DNA of 20,268 nucleotides, taken from assembly GCF_004010195.1 (NCBI RefSeq), contig NC_057718.1, positions 2,468,046-2,488,313 on the forward strand. The letters run 5' to 3'. This document shows positions 1 to 11,729 of the stretch, piece by piece. The stretch is from Chiloscyllium plagiosum (lineage: Eukaryota). The stretch's first letter is position 1. Every line of letters begins with the position of its first letter. The position numbers were made by a program, and so were the translations under genes. The notes beneath the pieces were generated by a model. The model was not told where the DNA came from. It saw only the letters and a list, made by a program, of their open reading frames with translations, and did not search any database.

Positions 1-179
1 CCTAAGGCATCCTGAATCACTCAATGCGAGAGCACAGAAACACCACGCTCAGACCATCAACAATTACACTGATCGAATTCTTCATGAGAACTATGGAGTA
101 TGATCCCACATCCCCTACTCTTCAAGCTATTATCTAAACCATCGTGAACTCAACACAACAGACCGTTTCATGAATCTTT

Positions 180-475
180 AAGTGCTGTAATTCCAATGTT
201 CTCCTCATATGTTATCTTTTAAAGTGCAAGCATTCCTTTCAGGACAAATGAAGCAGCCAATCTGTGCACAGAAAGGTCCCGTGAATTGCAATGAGACAAA
301 TGCAGAGTTTAGTTCTTATTACAGACATTGGTCAGGGGTGAAAATTGACCAGGTCATCATCAATACTGGGACCTCTTACCCCACCTCTCTCAGCACTACC
401 CAGGAAATGTCAATACGTGTTCCGTGTTCAAGTAAAATTAGAATCCATGAATTTCTGACTTATTGGGAATAGAGA
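180..475 (-). mobile_element. Old DeuSINE/SacSINE1-like SINE remnant
   Basis: GCAGCCAATCTGTGCACAGAAAGGTCCC...GCAATGAGACAAATG...TTGGTCAGGGGTGAAAATTGACCAGG resembles the reverse complement of the DeuSINE body and tail as recalled. Highly diverged. Confidence 0.4.
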
Positions 476-2231
476 TACTTGAGAAATTATTTTCACTGTA
501 GGTGATTAAGGATTGCTCTGTGATATCTTCATGGTTATCATGGCTTAAAATGGAACATCACTGCCTTTGGCTGGTCTGAAAACAGCAAAGACCCAAATTT
601 ATCATAGGCATTATCATAAACATTTCTGCACATCATGTGGTTTCATCACAACCCATCACTGAAAGAATTAAAATAAATTTCCCATAAAAGGCAAATCAGT
701 TTCAGCTAAGTAGATCCTCACAGACACCCGATGCGCTGACTGCTGTTGCCGTTCTTTAATTTTCTATTATTGTGGACTTTCATTACAGTCAAGTCAGGGC
801 TCACCTGAAGTGATGCGTTTCATTTAACACTGCCCTGTCACACAGTGGGAACTCAATTCAAATGGAATGGAAGTTCCCTTCCCGAGAGATTAGAGGGCTT
901 CAGATTTGCTCTTTACAGAGTTCTAGGTCAACGCCAACTCATTCTTGTGTTGCTTCAGATGTCTCGTCCGTGTCGCTTTATTGATGGGAAAGAACTTGTA
1001 CTGTATTTAAAGCAAAACTATATTTAAAGACATGGGACTCTGGTCCTGCACTGTCCACTTGGTGCTGGATACAGGAGTTTTAAAAAGGGGAAAATTGTAA
1101 CTTTCCAGTGAAACTGCAGATATTTCACTGGATAGGGACTCAATAGGATCTGCTGGAACCCTGTTGTGACGCCCCCTCAATATTATTCTACTTTAGCTTC
1201 AGTTGATGTGCAGGTATCCAGCCAGTTTGTGTCTCACCCCATGACAGTGATTAACTAATCCTATTTGGGTCAAAGACAGAAATGTTTGAATCTCTTCATT
1301 GGTTCATTGAATAGTCAACTCCTTTTCTGCACTAAAGCACCACAGATAGAAATCTGGTTTCACAAGAAGCTAGGGCATCATACAGACTACTGTGTAGCCT
1401 GTAACCAGTCTTTCCACAAGAAAAATTGTATCGTCTGCGGTAATGAACAGACATTTCAGCAAGTATAAAAGCTGACCTACATCAGGGGCTCAAGAAAGCA
1501 GTCAGAGCGCATGATGAGTAAAACAAAATCTTCCACGATTCCATTACCTTGGGTCCCAGTTTCTACTTGCAACTCCTACTTCTGAGAAGAGAAAGTTTCC
1601 CATCCTTGGGCTTACACATGAGGTCACACCGAGGGCAAAACCAATCACCATTCTATAATACTCACTCAATCTTACTTCAAGACTTTCTACTGCCAAACTC
1701 TTTCACTGTGACACTATCATTCCCAAACAAGAATATCCCACCACTGTCTTGGCCACCTATTCTATATTCTACCCATCCAGAATGCCATTGTTCTGATGGT
1801 ATCGTACAGCACCACCTGAGCAATCATTGTATTGGTCGCTAACTCGTGTAATCTCCAGCCTCCCCAATTTCTCAAATGCAATATTCTCATGCTAGGGCGT
1901 TAGCCCTCCCAGATTCACTGAATTTACACAGACCCTGGCTATTTGATCCTTCATTCCATTATTTGTGGTCATGTCTCAACTGGAATCTTCTTTCGGTATT
2001 CCTTGCACACCATTTTTTCAATCCCAGCCTCTTTAAACAATTCGTGAGCCCAATCTCTCTCATTGACATTGCTACTGTTTGTTCGATTTTACCTCCACCA
2101 AGTTCTTCAGCGTATTTTAGGAAACACAAGCTGTGAAGCTGCCCTATAATTCACAATACAATGCCAATTTCCCAGCAAGAAAAGGCTGGGCGAGGGTAAG
2201 AAAACCCAAGAAGTGGGTCTGATACAGGAAT

Positions 2232-2366
2232 GAGGAGAAAGTGAGGTCTGCAGATGCTGGAGATCAAAGTTGAAACTTTATTGCTGGAACAGCACAGCAG
2301 GTCAGGCAGCATCCAGGGAACAGGAGATTCGACGTTTCGGGCACAGGCCCTTCTTCAGGAATCCAT
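2232..2366 (-). mobile_element. Short non-autonomous retroelement (Penelope-like terminal-repeat type) with intact hammerhead motif and 14-bp TSD
   Basis: Perfect direct repeat TCTGATACAGGAAT at 2218-2231 and 2367-2380. A near-identical second copy lies at 10269-10419. Confidence 0.85.
2326..2363 (-). ncRNA. Minimal type-I hammerhead ribozyme motif
   Basis: Minus strand reads GATTC-CTGAAGA-A-GGGC-CTGT-GCCC-GAAA-C-GTC-GAATC: stem I GATTC/GAATC, core CUGAAGA, stem II GGGC/GCCC, GAAA, palindromic ACGT in place of stem III, GUC cleavage triplet. Confidence 0.8.
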
Positions 2367-3639
2367 TCTGATACAGGAATCTATTCTCAGATGTGTTTGA
2401 CACCACAGCTGCCTTTACTGTACTACTCTTTACCCAGCACCTTGCAACTACATAAACTTCATGTCCACAAAGTCCTTAATTAGTACTTTTCAATATACAG
2501 GGTCAATTGTAACTCCTTGTCATTATAAGCTAAGCCAGTTCTGTGCTCTTTAAATACAGTATCTGAAGGCAGGGAGTGTACAATCACTTCACCTCACTAT
2601 TAGCCAGAGAGCCCATGCAAAAGAGTTTTCTCAAAAGTTGTGGTGGATCAGAACTACAGAGGTCTTTTATGTGGTTTCATTAGAGAGAATCACTTTTCAT
2701 TAATAGAGGCACAACAGGATATTCTCAGAACTCACGTAAGTTCAGGCTGAACCGTACATTTTGTGATTACACAACATGATGAAATAGGAACATTTGTGAG
2801 CTCATGCATTTTCCTCAATAAACACAGAAACCAGTGTGTACAATTCTAGAAATTCACTTCTCGGTAAATAGATTTAACAAGTTCGGTCATTACCATAAGT
2901 GGTTAGCACTGGTGTCTCATAATACCAGAGATTCCAGATGATTGTTTCAATTTCCAAACTAATGCGACAAAATACATCACAACCATCAAAGAGCTGCAGG
3001 CCACTCAAACCACCAAGTCCATGATTTTCAGACTGTACACAACCTGCATGGTGGAAATCCCATCAATTCAATTATATTGCAAGGATGAATTTGCACAAAT
3101 CTTGTCCTGTGCCTATTTGGAAATGAACCAAAGCAGCAAAGACCCATTGAACTCCATATTCTTGAGAAAGGAAAGGCAATCACCTCTCCACTCATCATTA
3201 CAGCTCTGAATTCCATTTTCCCTACACAGTATTACCCCAGCTCCTTTTATTGACGTGTTATTCGAAACATCATCAATTGCTTACATTTGGGTAAGGAATA
3301 ATTTGCAGTCTCTGATCAAATGTCCTCTCGAATGTACCAAATAAAGCTCAGTTCAATGCCATCTCAATGCAAGAACCTCCGCAGTGCCTTAACAGCTTAG
3401 AATCTTCAAAACGTCGCTTGGCTAAATCGCTCTCGCTATTCCAAGGACAGTCTTACCATGTGAAAAGACCAGAATTAATTCTGGTGAATCCTGAAATCCC
3501 TTCAGATACAAGTTGATAGTCGAACACTTTGATAACTTCCATACTTCTTCAAATTTCACAAAATCTTCTTGTTGGTTCAGAAACCTGTCATTACAAACAG
3601 CATTCTCCCTCCGCTGCAGTCCCCAAAATTAAATTTTAG

Positions 3640-4085
3640 ATCATAAAAATGTGGAAGTAGGCCACTCAGCCCATCGAGTCTGCTTTCACTAGTTCCTTGT
3701 TGGAAAAAAAGGCTTCCTTAGATCAGTGTTCACGAGAACATATGAATGAGGAGCAGGAGTAGACCATCTGGCCCCTCCAGTTTCTGCCATCACACAAGAT
3801 CATGGATGATCTGATTACTCACTTCACTTGACCTTTCATTTTGCACTTAGCGAGGATCTACCTACAGTAAGGAAATTCAAAAAACTCTGTCCTTGAGGAA
3901 CAGAGTTCCAAACACACACAATCTTCAAAAAAAAACTCATCTTTTGCAGGTAACTCTCTAGTTCCAGCTTCCCCACCAAGAGGAAGCAGCCCTTTCACAA
4001 GACCGCTCAGGATTTTATTGTTTCAAGTAAATCCTCCCAACAAAATTCAGATTTCCAAGAGTTTTAATCCATCCATGTCTACTGG
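3640..4085 (-). mobile_element. Degraded CR1-like LINE 3' ends (at least two nested pieces)
   Basis: GAAGTAGGCCACTCAGCCCATCGAGTCTGCT and GGAGCAGGAGTAGACCATCTGGCCCCTCCAG...AAGATCATGGATGATCTG are reverse complements of CR1 3' UTR motifs. Boundaries approximate. Confidence 0.6.
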
Positions 4086-4335
4086 ATAGGCACACAGAGC
4101 TGAACGGTCAATGTATTGATTAAGTTACACTACATTACTCTCCAGTACATACCAAATCAACTGTAAACATCAATTCTGCCATCTTGTGGCCGATCAGAAA
4201 ATGCCAACAGTCTATACATCTGGAACTGTTTACACCTTCTGTTCTATAATTGGATGGTGTGGGCTGTTAGCTGGGAAGCTTTTTAAACTGCTGCTTACAT
4301 GACACTGTCTGCTGATAATCTCCACAGGAACTTAC

Positions 4336-4462
4336 CTGTGTCTCTTGGCTCCATGTAAAAGGTTGTCATGTTTTTCATAAATCTGGAGCTCCTGCTCCTC
4401 TTCGTGAATGGCATCAGGATCCTCTGTTGCCAGAATATCAACTGCACTGCCCAGAGGTAAGG
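4336..4462 (-). CDS. MCM3: MCM3 coding exon (exon 11 equivalent, 127 bp)
   Basis: Acceptor tttttttatttag, donor CAG|gtaagt. Translates (A)[41 protein letters not shown](R). No exon-12-like sequence (KYIHVAK) was found in 1-4335, so the gene continues past the window start. Confidence 0.96.
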
Positions 4463-4639
4463 CTAAATAAAAAAATGGCAAACATCAGATTTGGGATCAG
4501 CAGTGTTGAATTAAGAGATTGAAGTCATTAACCCTCCAATTCCATTTCTCAAACAAAAATGATATGACCACTGTCAGCTACTGATGACTGGGCAAGTAAT
4601 AAAAAGCAATGAAACTCTCTTTGAAGTTGCAGTACAGGG

Positions 4640-4955
4640 GACAGGGGTGGCAATTTCACTGATCTGTAATCCAGAGGTCCTGGACAATTTTTGGAGGATA
4701 GAAGTTTAAATCCCATCTCGACACCTTTATTTAAACGAGATTAATAAATCTGGAATGTAAAGCAAGACTCAGCGATGGTGACCATAAAGCCCATTGGTGA
4801 TTGTTGTAAGAACTAATTGCAGCTGTCCTTAGTCAGTCTCGCCCACATGTAACTCCAAACCCAGAGCACATATGGTTGACACTCGCTTCAAGGGAAATTA
4901 AGGATGGGTAACCAATGCTGCTCTTGCCAGTGATATCCACATTCCTTGAAAAACG
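4640..4955 (+). mobile_element. tRNA-derived SINE (common shark family), diverged
   Basis: GTAATCCAGAG...GTTTAAATCCCA head, AATAAATCTGGAAT, ATGGTGACCAT, CACATGTAACTCCAAACCC, tail ATGCTGCTCTTGCCAGTGATATCCACATTCCTTGA. Reverse-oriented relatives lie at 6462-6760, 9775-9950 and 15598-15880. Confidence 0.6.
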
Positions 4956-5194
4956 TGCCAGCAATAAAGGCCGACATAGAATTTAATTTTCTAAATGCTT
5001 GCGGTACCTGCTTATTAACTGTAGTTCATGTACAGGGTCCATAAAACCCCTCTCAACATCAACATTAAATATTTTGCAACCTAAAAAATAGTTTTTATTC
5101 TTCTTAGTAAAATAAAGTCTCAGATTCCCCCACATTATACTCCATCGGCCACCGTCTTTCCTCCTCATTTCTCCACGTCACTTTCCCACATAGC

Positions 5195-5430
5195 TCTGGG
5201 AGGAGTTAGTGCAGTTGGCTGGTTTGCAATGCAGAGTGATGCCAACAGTATGGTTTCAATTCCCGCATCAGTCGAGTTACCATGAAGGACTGTCCTTCTC
5301 AAACTCTCCCTTCAACTGAAGCGTGGTGGCCCTCAGGTTAAACCCCAACCAGTTGCCTGTCTGTCTCTCTGTCTCTAATGAAAGCAGCTGCCCTGCTCTG
5401 GTAAGACTATGGTAACTTTAACTTTACCTT
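5195..5430 (+). mobile_element. tRNA-derived SINE, second family
   Basis: A-box-like TAGTGCAGTTGG, B-box-like GGTTTCAATTCC, body GTGGCCCTCAGGTTAAACC, CT-rich stretch, tail GACTATGGTAACTTTAACTTTACC. Confidence 0.55.
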
Positions 5431-5786
5431 ACCCACCTAGCTTTCTATTGTTGGAAAACATGCATGTATTACCCTCAATTAAATCATAAATTACAAATAG
5501 CCCACTATTAAAATGCTGCCAAGTTGAAAATGACAACTTTCTTTAAGCCTTTAACCAATTCCTCAGTCATGCACATCAACTACCCAAGCCCTTAGATTCT
5601 GCAATGTTTTGCTTGACGGTTAATTAAATGCCTCCTGAAAATCCAAATATATTAAATCCAGTGGGTTCCCCTTAATCTTACACAGTCAATTTTAATATTA
5701 AAAAAATCTGTGGGTCAACCCTAACTCTCTTTTCAAAAACACCACGTCACATTAATGGTATTTTTTGTTTAAATGGCTTATTACTA

Positions 5787-5975
<189 letters not shown>

Positions 5976-6461
5976 CTAGCAGGGAAAGGGGAGGCAAAGA
6001 AACAGACATCAAATCAACCGAGAGAAACAAACAAGAATGTATGTCTGCGACATCCACCACATGACAGAGACTTGGCGGAACCGACTAGCCCCATTCCAGA
6101 AGAGTCTCAGCCAACGTATGGCTCTCTGCATTGACTTCTTATTAGAGCTGAAGGTACAGAAGGGATTACTGCCCCAAGCAACCACTGTCTGCCCTTTACA
6201 GTGGAATTAATGAATGGCAGCAATCCAGTTTGAGTTGGCTGGCTCTGGAACTGATTTATAATTTGAAGATTTTAGCACTGCCATTTCAAAACACAATAAC
6301 AAAGATAGCTTAGAAACCGCAAACTACAACAAAACATTTCACTCAGCATAACTCAGAGGAGTTCACAAAAGAACATTCAGTTCTGGTGAAAGGTCATCAA
6401 CCTGAAACGTTATCTCAGATTCTCCCTCCACCAAATCTGCCAGACTCGCTGAATACTTCCT

Positions 6462-6760
6462 TTATTCACACCCAGGATGTGGGAGTCAATGGCTGGGCCA
6501 GCATTATTTTACCACCCCTAGTTGCCCAGTGAGCAGTTAGTAGTCCACATGTAGGTGAGACATCAGATTTCCTTCCTTACAGGGAATTAATAAACCAGAT
6601 GGTTTTTACAGTGATCGATAATAGTGATGTGGTTGCCATTAGACTGGTTTTCATTAATTTCCAGCTTTAAAATTTACCAGCTGCCATGATAAGACGTGAA
6701 CCCATGCCCTTGGAGCATGAGCCAGGATTCTGGAGTACCAGCCCAGTAACATCCCCACTT
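6462..6760 (-). mobile_element. tRNA-derived SINE (same family as 4640-4955)
   Basis: GGATGTGGGAGTCAATGGCTGGGCCAGCATT...CACATGTAGG...TGGTTGCCATTAGACT...GGATTCTGGAGTACCAGCCCAGTAACAT is the reverse complement of that family. Confidence 0.6.
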
Positions 6761-7094
6761 TTCTCCTGCCTCCACTCAGTAGTTTCTGGCTTTATTATAG
6801 ATCTCCAGCATCCACATTATATTAGACTCATATGTTACAGATGGGGTTCTTTGGGAATAGAGTTAAAGCACTGTCTCAGAGGTCTGATCCATTGGGAGTA
6901 CAGCACTCCTGCAACCCTAATTTCCACTGCATGCCTTCAGAGGTCCAATGTGTAGAAGGGATTTCCAGATGCAGATATCCACACAGCAATGAGCCAATCG
7001 GGGGAGTGGAACCTCTCAGCAGCTCTGGGGCCACACAGCTCAAAGGAAATGTTGGTAAAGCAGAGTACAGAAACATGATTTAGAACATAAATCA

Positions 7095-7532
<438 letters not shown>

Positions 7533-8074
7533 TTACCAGCAGTCACCAGTGAAAACCTTCACATCTCGGCAGTAATGCACCTTGATGGGGTCATATTGGG
7601 AGAAAGACTTCAGCTTTGGCAGTACAACTGATTAATCCAGTGCATGCAGTGGTTTCCTTATTTTTGCTAAATATTCTGTGGAGTTCTTATCGAATCAGAA
7701 GCCAGTTAAGACTGATCCACCACTTCCCCACAGAGCACTGTTTCAGTACTGGACGGAAGCACCCATCACCACAGACCCAACTGTATGAGTCAAGGGAAAG
7801 ACACACAGCTGACCACTGTTTCTCTATGGCACGTGACTTCTCCAATTCCTACGTCACAGAAATCCAAATGGAAAGCAATTGCATCCAGAACCACTCTTAG
7901 ACAGGATGAAAACAACATGCATTGCTAGTCTACATTGGGACATAGACTTGTCCCAGGTTAAATCAACACAGAAGGGCTCTTGTAATGCAGTGGCACTGTT
8001 CCTTTCTCTGGACCACAAGGCCAGAGTTCAAGTCACACTTGCCAGAGATTTGAGGTAACATCTCTAAACAGGGG

Positions 8075-8300
8075 CAAATCTTTCTCCTAGAGGGTGGTTT
8101 GTGTGTGGAATGAACTTCCTGAGCAAGTGGTGGTTGGACAACATTTTAAAAGACATTTGGATTGATACATGAATAGGAAAGGTTTGGAGGCATGTGGGCC
8201 ACTAGCAGGCAGAACCAACCAGTTTAGTTTGGGATTCTGTTTGGCTTGGACTGGTTGGACCAAAAGGTCTGTTTTCTTGCTGTATGAGTCTTGACTCTAT
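8075..8300 (+). mobile_element. HER1/CR1-type LINE 3' end inserted in a short tRNA-like SINE (7974-8330)
   Basis: AGAGGGTGGTTTGTGTGTGGAATGAACTTCCTGAG...TTGGACCAAAAGGTCTGTTTTCTTGCTGTATGAGTCTTGACTCTAT, homologous to 19285-19510. Preceded by a tRNA-like head with GAGTTCAAGTC B-box. Confidence 0.7.
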
Positions 8301-8548
8301 AATAGACTGATGAGAAAATAACTTTAAAAAGCAACATGTTTGGAATAGTGAATACAAGGTGCTGAGATATATTAGCCCATTACCCCTCCGTGTGGCAGCA
8401 ACAAGTACTGCAAGCAGTATTATGGAGCATGCCTATGAATATCTAAAGCCCTAGCTCAATACTCTCACTATTTATCAGACATCAGACCAAAACCAGACTC
8501 CAATCTTAAATATGATGTCCTGTGGGAGAAATGTAAAATCTTTACAAA

Positions 8549-8741
8549 TACAGACAGTTCCCAAGTTGCAAATGGGTTCTGTTCTGGAGTCCATTCACAA
8601 GTTGATTTGTGCACAAATCAGAGCACATGCAGGATAATGTAAAGCTGCTGTTCATAAATTCTGGATTTTTAAAGAATAAATTGAAAGCGCATATGGGACT
8701 GCATTTGTAAACGCGAGCATTCGTAAATTAGGGCCCCTGCA
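8549..8741. mobile_element. Probable degenerate Tc1/mariner (Tigger-like) MITE
   Basis: Left TA-CAGACAGTTCCCAAGTTGCAAATG and right CATTCGTAAATTAGGGCCCCTG-CA form imperfect terminal inverted repeats about 190 bp apart. Confidence 0.4.
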
Positions 8742-8859
8742 TTGAGAATTGGTCTTGAAAAACGTAAACATATTTCTTTGTCAAGAGGAAGCCGTGGCGC
8801 CATTACAACAATACCTCATGACATTTCACACTTGTTCTAGTGCGGGATCATGAGCAAGT

Positions 8860-9095
8860 AACATCAGTAGGTCACTCAGTCCTTCAAGCTGTTCCATCAT
8901 TCAATAAGGTCGCGGCTGATGTGCCTTTGACCTCTACATTCCTGCGTATCCCTGATAACCTTTGACCCCTGGGTAATCAAGAATCTACCTCTCTCGTCCA
9001 TAGAAATATTTAAAGATTCTGCACCCAAGGTCTTTAGAGAAAGGGAATTTCAAAGACACTTAACTGTGAGAAAAAAAACATTTCCTCATCTCAAC
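8860..9095 (-). mobile_element. Degraded CR1-like LINE 3' end
   Basis: AGTAGGTCACTCAGTCCTTCAAGCTGTTCCATCATTCAATAAGGTCGCGGCTGAT...AATCAAGAATCTACC...GGGAATTTCAAAGAC...TTTCCTCATCTC. Same type as 3735-4000. Confidence 0.6.
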
Positions 9096-9198
9096 CATGC
9101 TCCCTCCACGCGACTGGCTTCAGCCCATTTTATAAACGGGTTAATTCAACAATCCCTCCCTCACGATTGCCTCCAAGGTCAGCACCACAGGCTGATCA

Positions 9199-9390
<192 letters not shown>

Positions 9391-9424
9391 TCAATTCCGG
9401 AAAGCACACACTAAGGGCAAAGCC

Positions 9425-9950
9425 AGCCCCTTGCTACCTTCGGGAAGGTGGCGATGAGCTGCCTTACTGAACTGCTGCTGTCATTCCTGTAGTTAGACGC
9501 ACAATGCCCTTAGGGTTTTGACCCAGCGGCATTGAAGGAACAGCAATATACTTCCAAGTCAGGATGGCGAATGGCTTGGAGGGGAACTTGCAGGGTGTGG
9601 TGTTCCCACGCATCTGCTGCCCATGTCCTTCGAGATGAAAGTGGTCATGGACTTGAAAGGTGCTGCCTGAGGAGCCTTTGTGAATTGTCACAGTGCATCC
9701 TATAGATAGTGCACACTGTTGTTAAGGGAAGTAAATGTTAAAGATGTTGAATGAGGTATCAAGCAAACAGGCCACTTTATCCTAGATGCTTTTTGATAAT
9801 CAATAGTGCCATGATTGCCATTAACCCAGCTCTTTATTCAAGATTCTGATGGAATTAAACGTTCAACATGCGCCAAGGCAGGATTTGAACTGATGTCTTT
9901 AGAGAATTAGCCTCAGTTTCTGGATTACTAACCCACCCACATTTCTACTG
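9425..9950 (-). mobile_element. Degraded LINE 3' region plus SINE head remnant
   Basis: GAAGGTGGCGATGAGCTGCCTT...TTTTGACCCAGCGGCATTGAAGGAACAGCAATATACTTCCAAGTCAGGATGG...GTGTTCCCACGCATCTGCTGCCC. Shares sequence with 18665-18785. 9865-9950 is a reverse tRNA-like head (GGATTTGAAC...CTGGATTACTA). Confidence 0.55.
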
Positions 9951-10268
9951 CCTCCTCATGACATTCATGCCCCGGAAATGAGGTGACTGACCTACAACAA
10001 CCACAACCATCATCGTTTATGTCAGGTACAACTCCAGCCAGCAGTTTTCCTCATCATTCTCACTGATTCCAATTGTTCCAAAATATCCTTGACACCATAA
10101 TCAATTGCTACCTTGATGCGAAGGGCAGCCATCTCCCCTCACCTTGGGAGTTCAGCTCTCTTGTTCATATTTAGACAAAGGCTGTGACATTACCACTACA
10201 GCACTGCTTCCTCCAGTATGGTGTTGGAGCTGCAGTCATTGAGGAAAGTGGACAGAGTATTCCATCAG

Positions 10269-10419
10269 GAGGAGAAAGTGAGGTCTGCAGACGCTGGAGA
10301 TCAAAGCTGAAACTTTGATCAAAGTGATTCCTGAAGAAGGGCATGTGCCCGAAACGTCGAATCTTCTGTTCCCTAGATGCTGCCTGACCTGCTGTGCTGT
10401 TCCAGCAATAAAGTTTCAG
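10269..10419. mobile_element. Second copy of the same short retroelement, with internal 5' inversion and 15-16 bp TSD
   Basis: Direct repeat CAGAGTATTCCATCAG at 10253-10268 and 10420-10435. 10269-10316 is collinear with 2232-2279, while 10326-10420 is the reverse complement of the rest of the first copy. Confidence 0.85.
10326..10363 (+). ncRNA. Minimal type-I hammerhead ribozyme motif
   Basis: GATTC-CTGAAGA-A-GGGC-ATGT-GCCC-GAAA-C-GTC-GAATC. Differs from the 2326-2363 copy only at one stem II loop position. Confidence 0.8.
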
Positions 10420-10532
10420 CAGAGTATTCCATCAGACTTGACCTGTACTGTCCAGGAGGATATTCAGATTTAGCCATGAATGTTTTCATCAGGAACCCAT
10501 CCACAGCATACAGACTGAAGAATAGAACTTTA

Positions 10533-10721
<189 letters not shown>

Positions 10722-11072
10722 CTAGTAACAGAGCACACGAGTGCAATGTAAATCAACACAATCATTGCCAGTGGGAGTAAATGATTAAGGAAATGCTGTA
10801 AACCAATGGAATATAACTAACCCCATAGTCACCCATCAAAATACTCAACTAGTTTGACTCAAGGAAAGAAAAGGACATACTTAATATTTCCTTAGAAATG
10901 TTTCAACAGAAGTTGAGATTTACCTCTCTAAAGCAAAATTTTCAACCATAAAGGATGACAAGCTCAATATTCAAAAAGCATTAACTTTATTGAAGGTTCA
11001 CTTTATTAGAGAGAATGTCTATTTTATGGTGCTACTTAATACAGGTAAAGTGATAAATTCACCAACTCCTAC

Positions 11073-11181
11073 CTTGGACCGAGATTTACTAAATTTCTTG
11101 ATTTTGGCCACATCATCCGCAGAAAACATTGGCGAAACCTCCTTGCTCATCATCTTAACGTTACACGCGATCAGGATGGTC
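11073..11181 (-). CDS. MCM3: MCM3 coding exon (exon 6 equivalent, 109 bp)
   Basis: Acceptor gttttctgtag, donor AAG|gtagga. Translates (R)[36 protein letters not shown]. Confidence 0.96.
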
Positions 11182-11729
11182 CTACAGAAAACAGCTTCGT
11201 TACACAGTTTCCAGCTCTTTAAAAAATGTGTATTCAGGTTTAATTGCTGCCCTCCTTCTTTCCCATTATTCACAGCACTAGTTGCGACTTGGCCAGACAA
11301 TCCCATGGGGTGGAAGTCATCACATTTCTTTATCCCTGTGGCTCTCCAATCAATCAATGAACCATTTAGGAGCTGAAACAAGTGAATAATCTCCCTGTTA
11401 TCTCACAGAGGCGATGGTGATTGACACATTAGAAACTCTGAATTAGGTTGATAGTCTGGAATTCCACAATCTCTGATGTTAACATTAACTCTGGGACACA
11501 GAAAAAGATGTATAGCAAAGAGCTAAGTAGTTAGAAAAAGGAGCAAAGTGATGAGCAAAAGCATTTTCTGAGTGGCTGGAAATCATAGCACGAGTGAGGT
11601 GGAGTCACGTTCAATCAGAGCATTCAAGAGGGAATGAGCGTTTTAAAAAGAAATGATGTACTGGGTTTTGGGGAAATGGTGAAAGAATGTCAACAGATGA
11701 TGATGCTCATTTGGACAGTCAGCAGAAGA

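Noticed and set aside
1511..1585. C/D-box-like pair ATGATGA...CTGA spanning 75 nt on the plus strand
   Set aside because: Antisense to the host gene, no terminal stem, and no recognisable C'/D' boxes or rRNA guide. Likely chance.
3028..3221. Minus-strand 62-aa ORF MEFRAVMMSG... preceded by an AG, considered as MCM3 exon 12 or a snoRNA (contains ATGATGA)
   Set aside because: No similarity to the expected exon 12 peptide (FM.KYIHVAK), poor polypyrimidine tract, and the next CTGA is about 165 nt away.
3230..3290. Plus-strand 61-nt segment with good acceptor and donor (ITPAPFIDVLFETSSIAYIW)
   Set aside because: No partner exons or recognisable protein to support a nested antisense gene.
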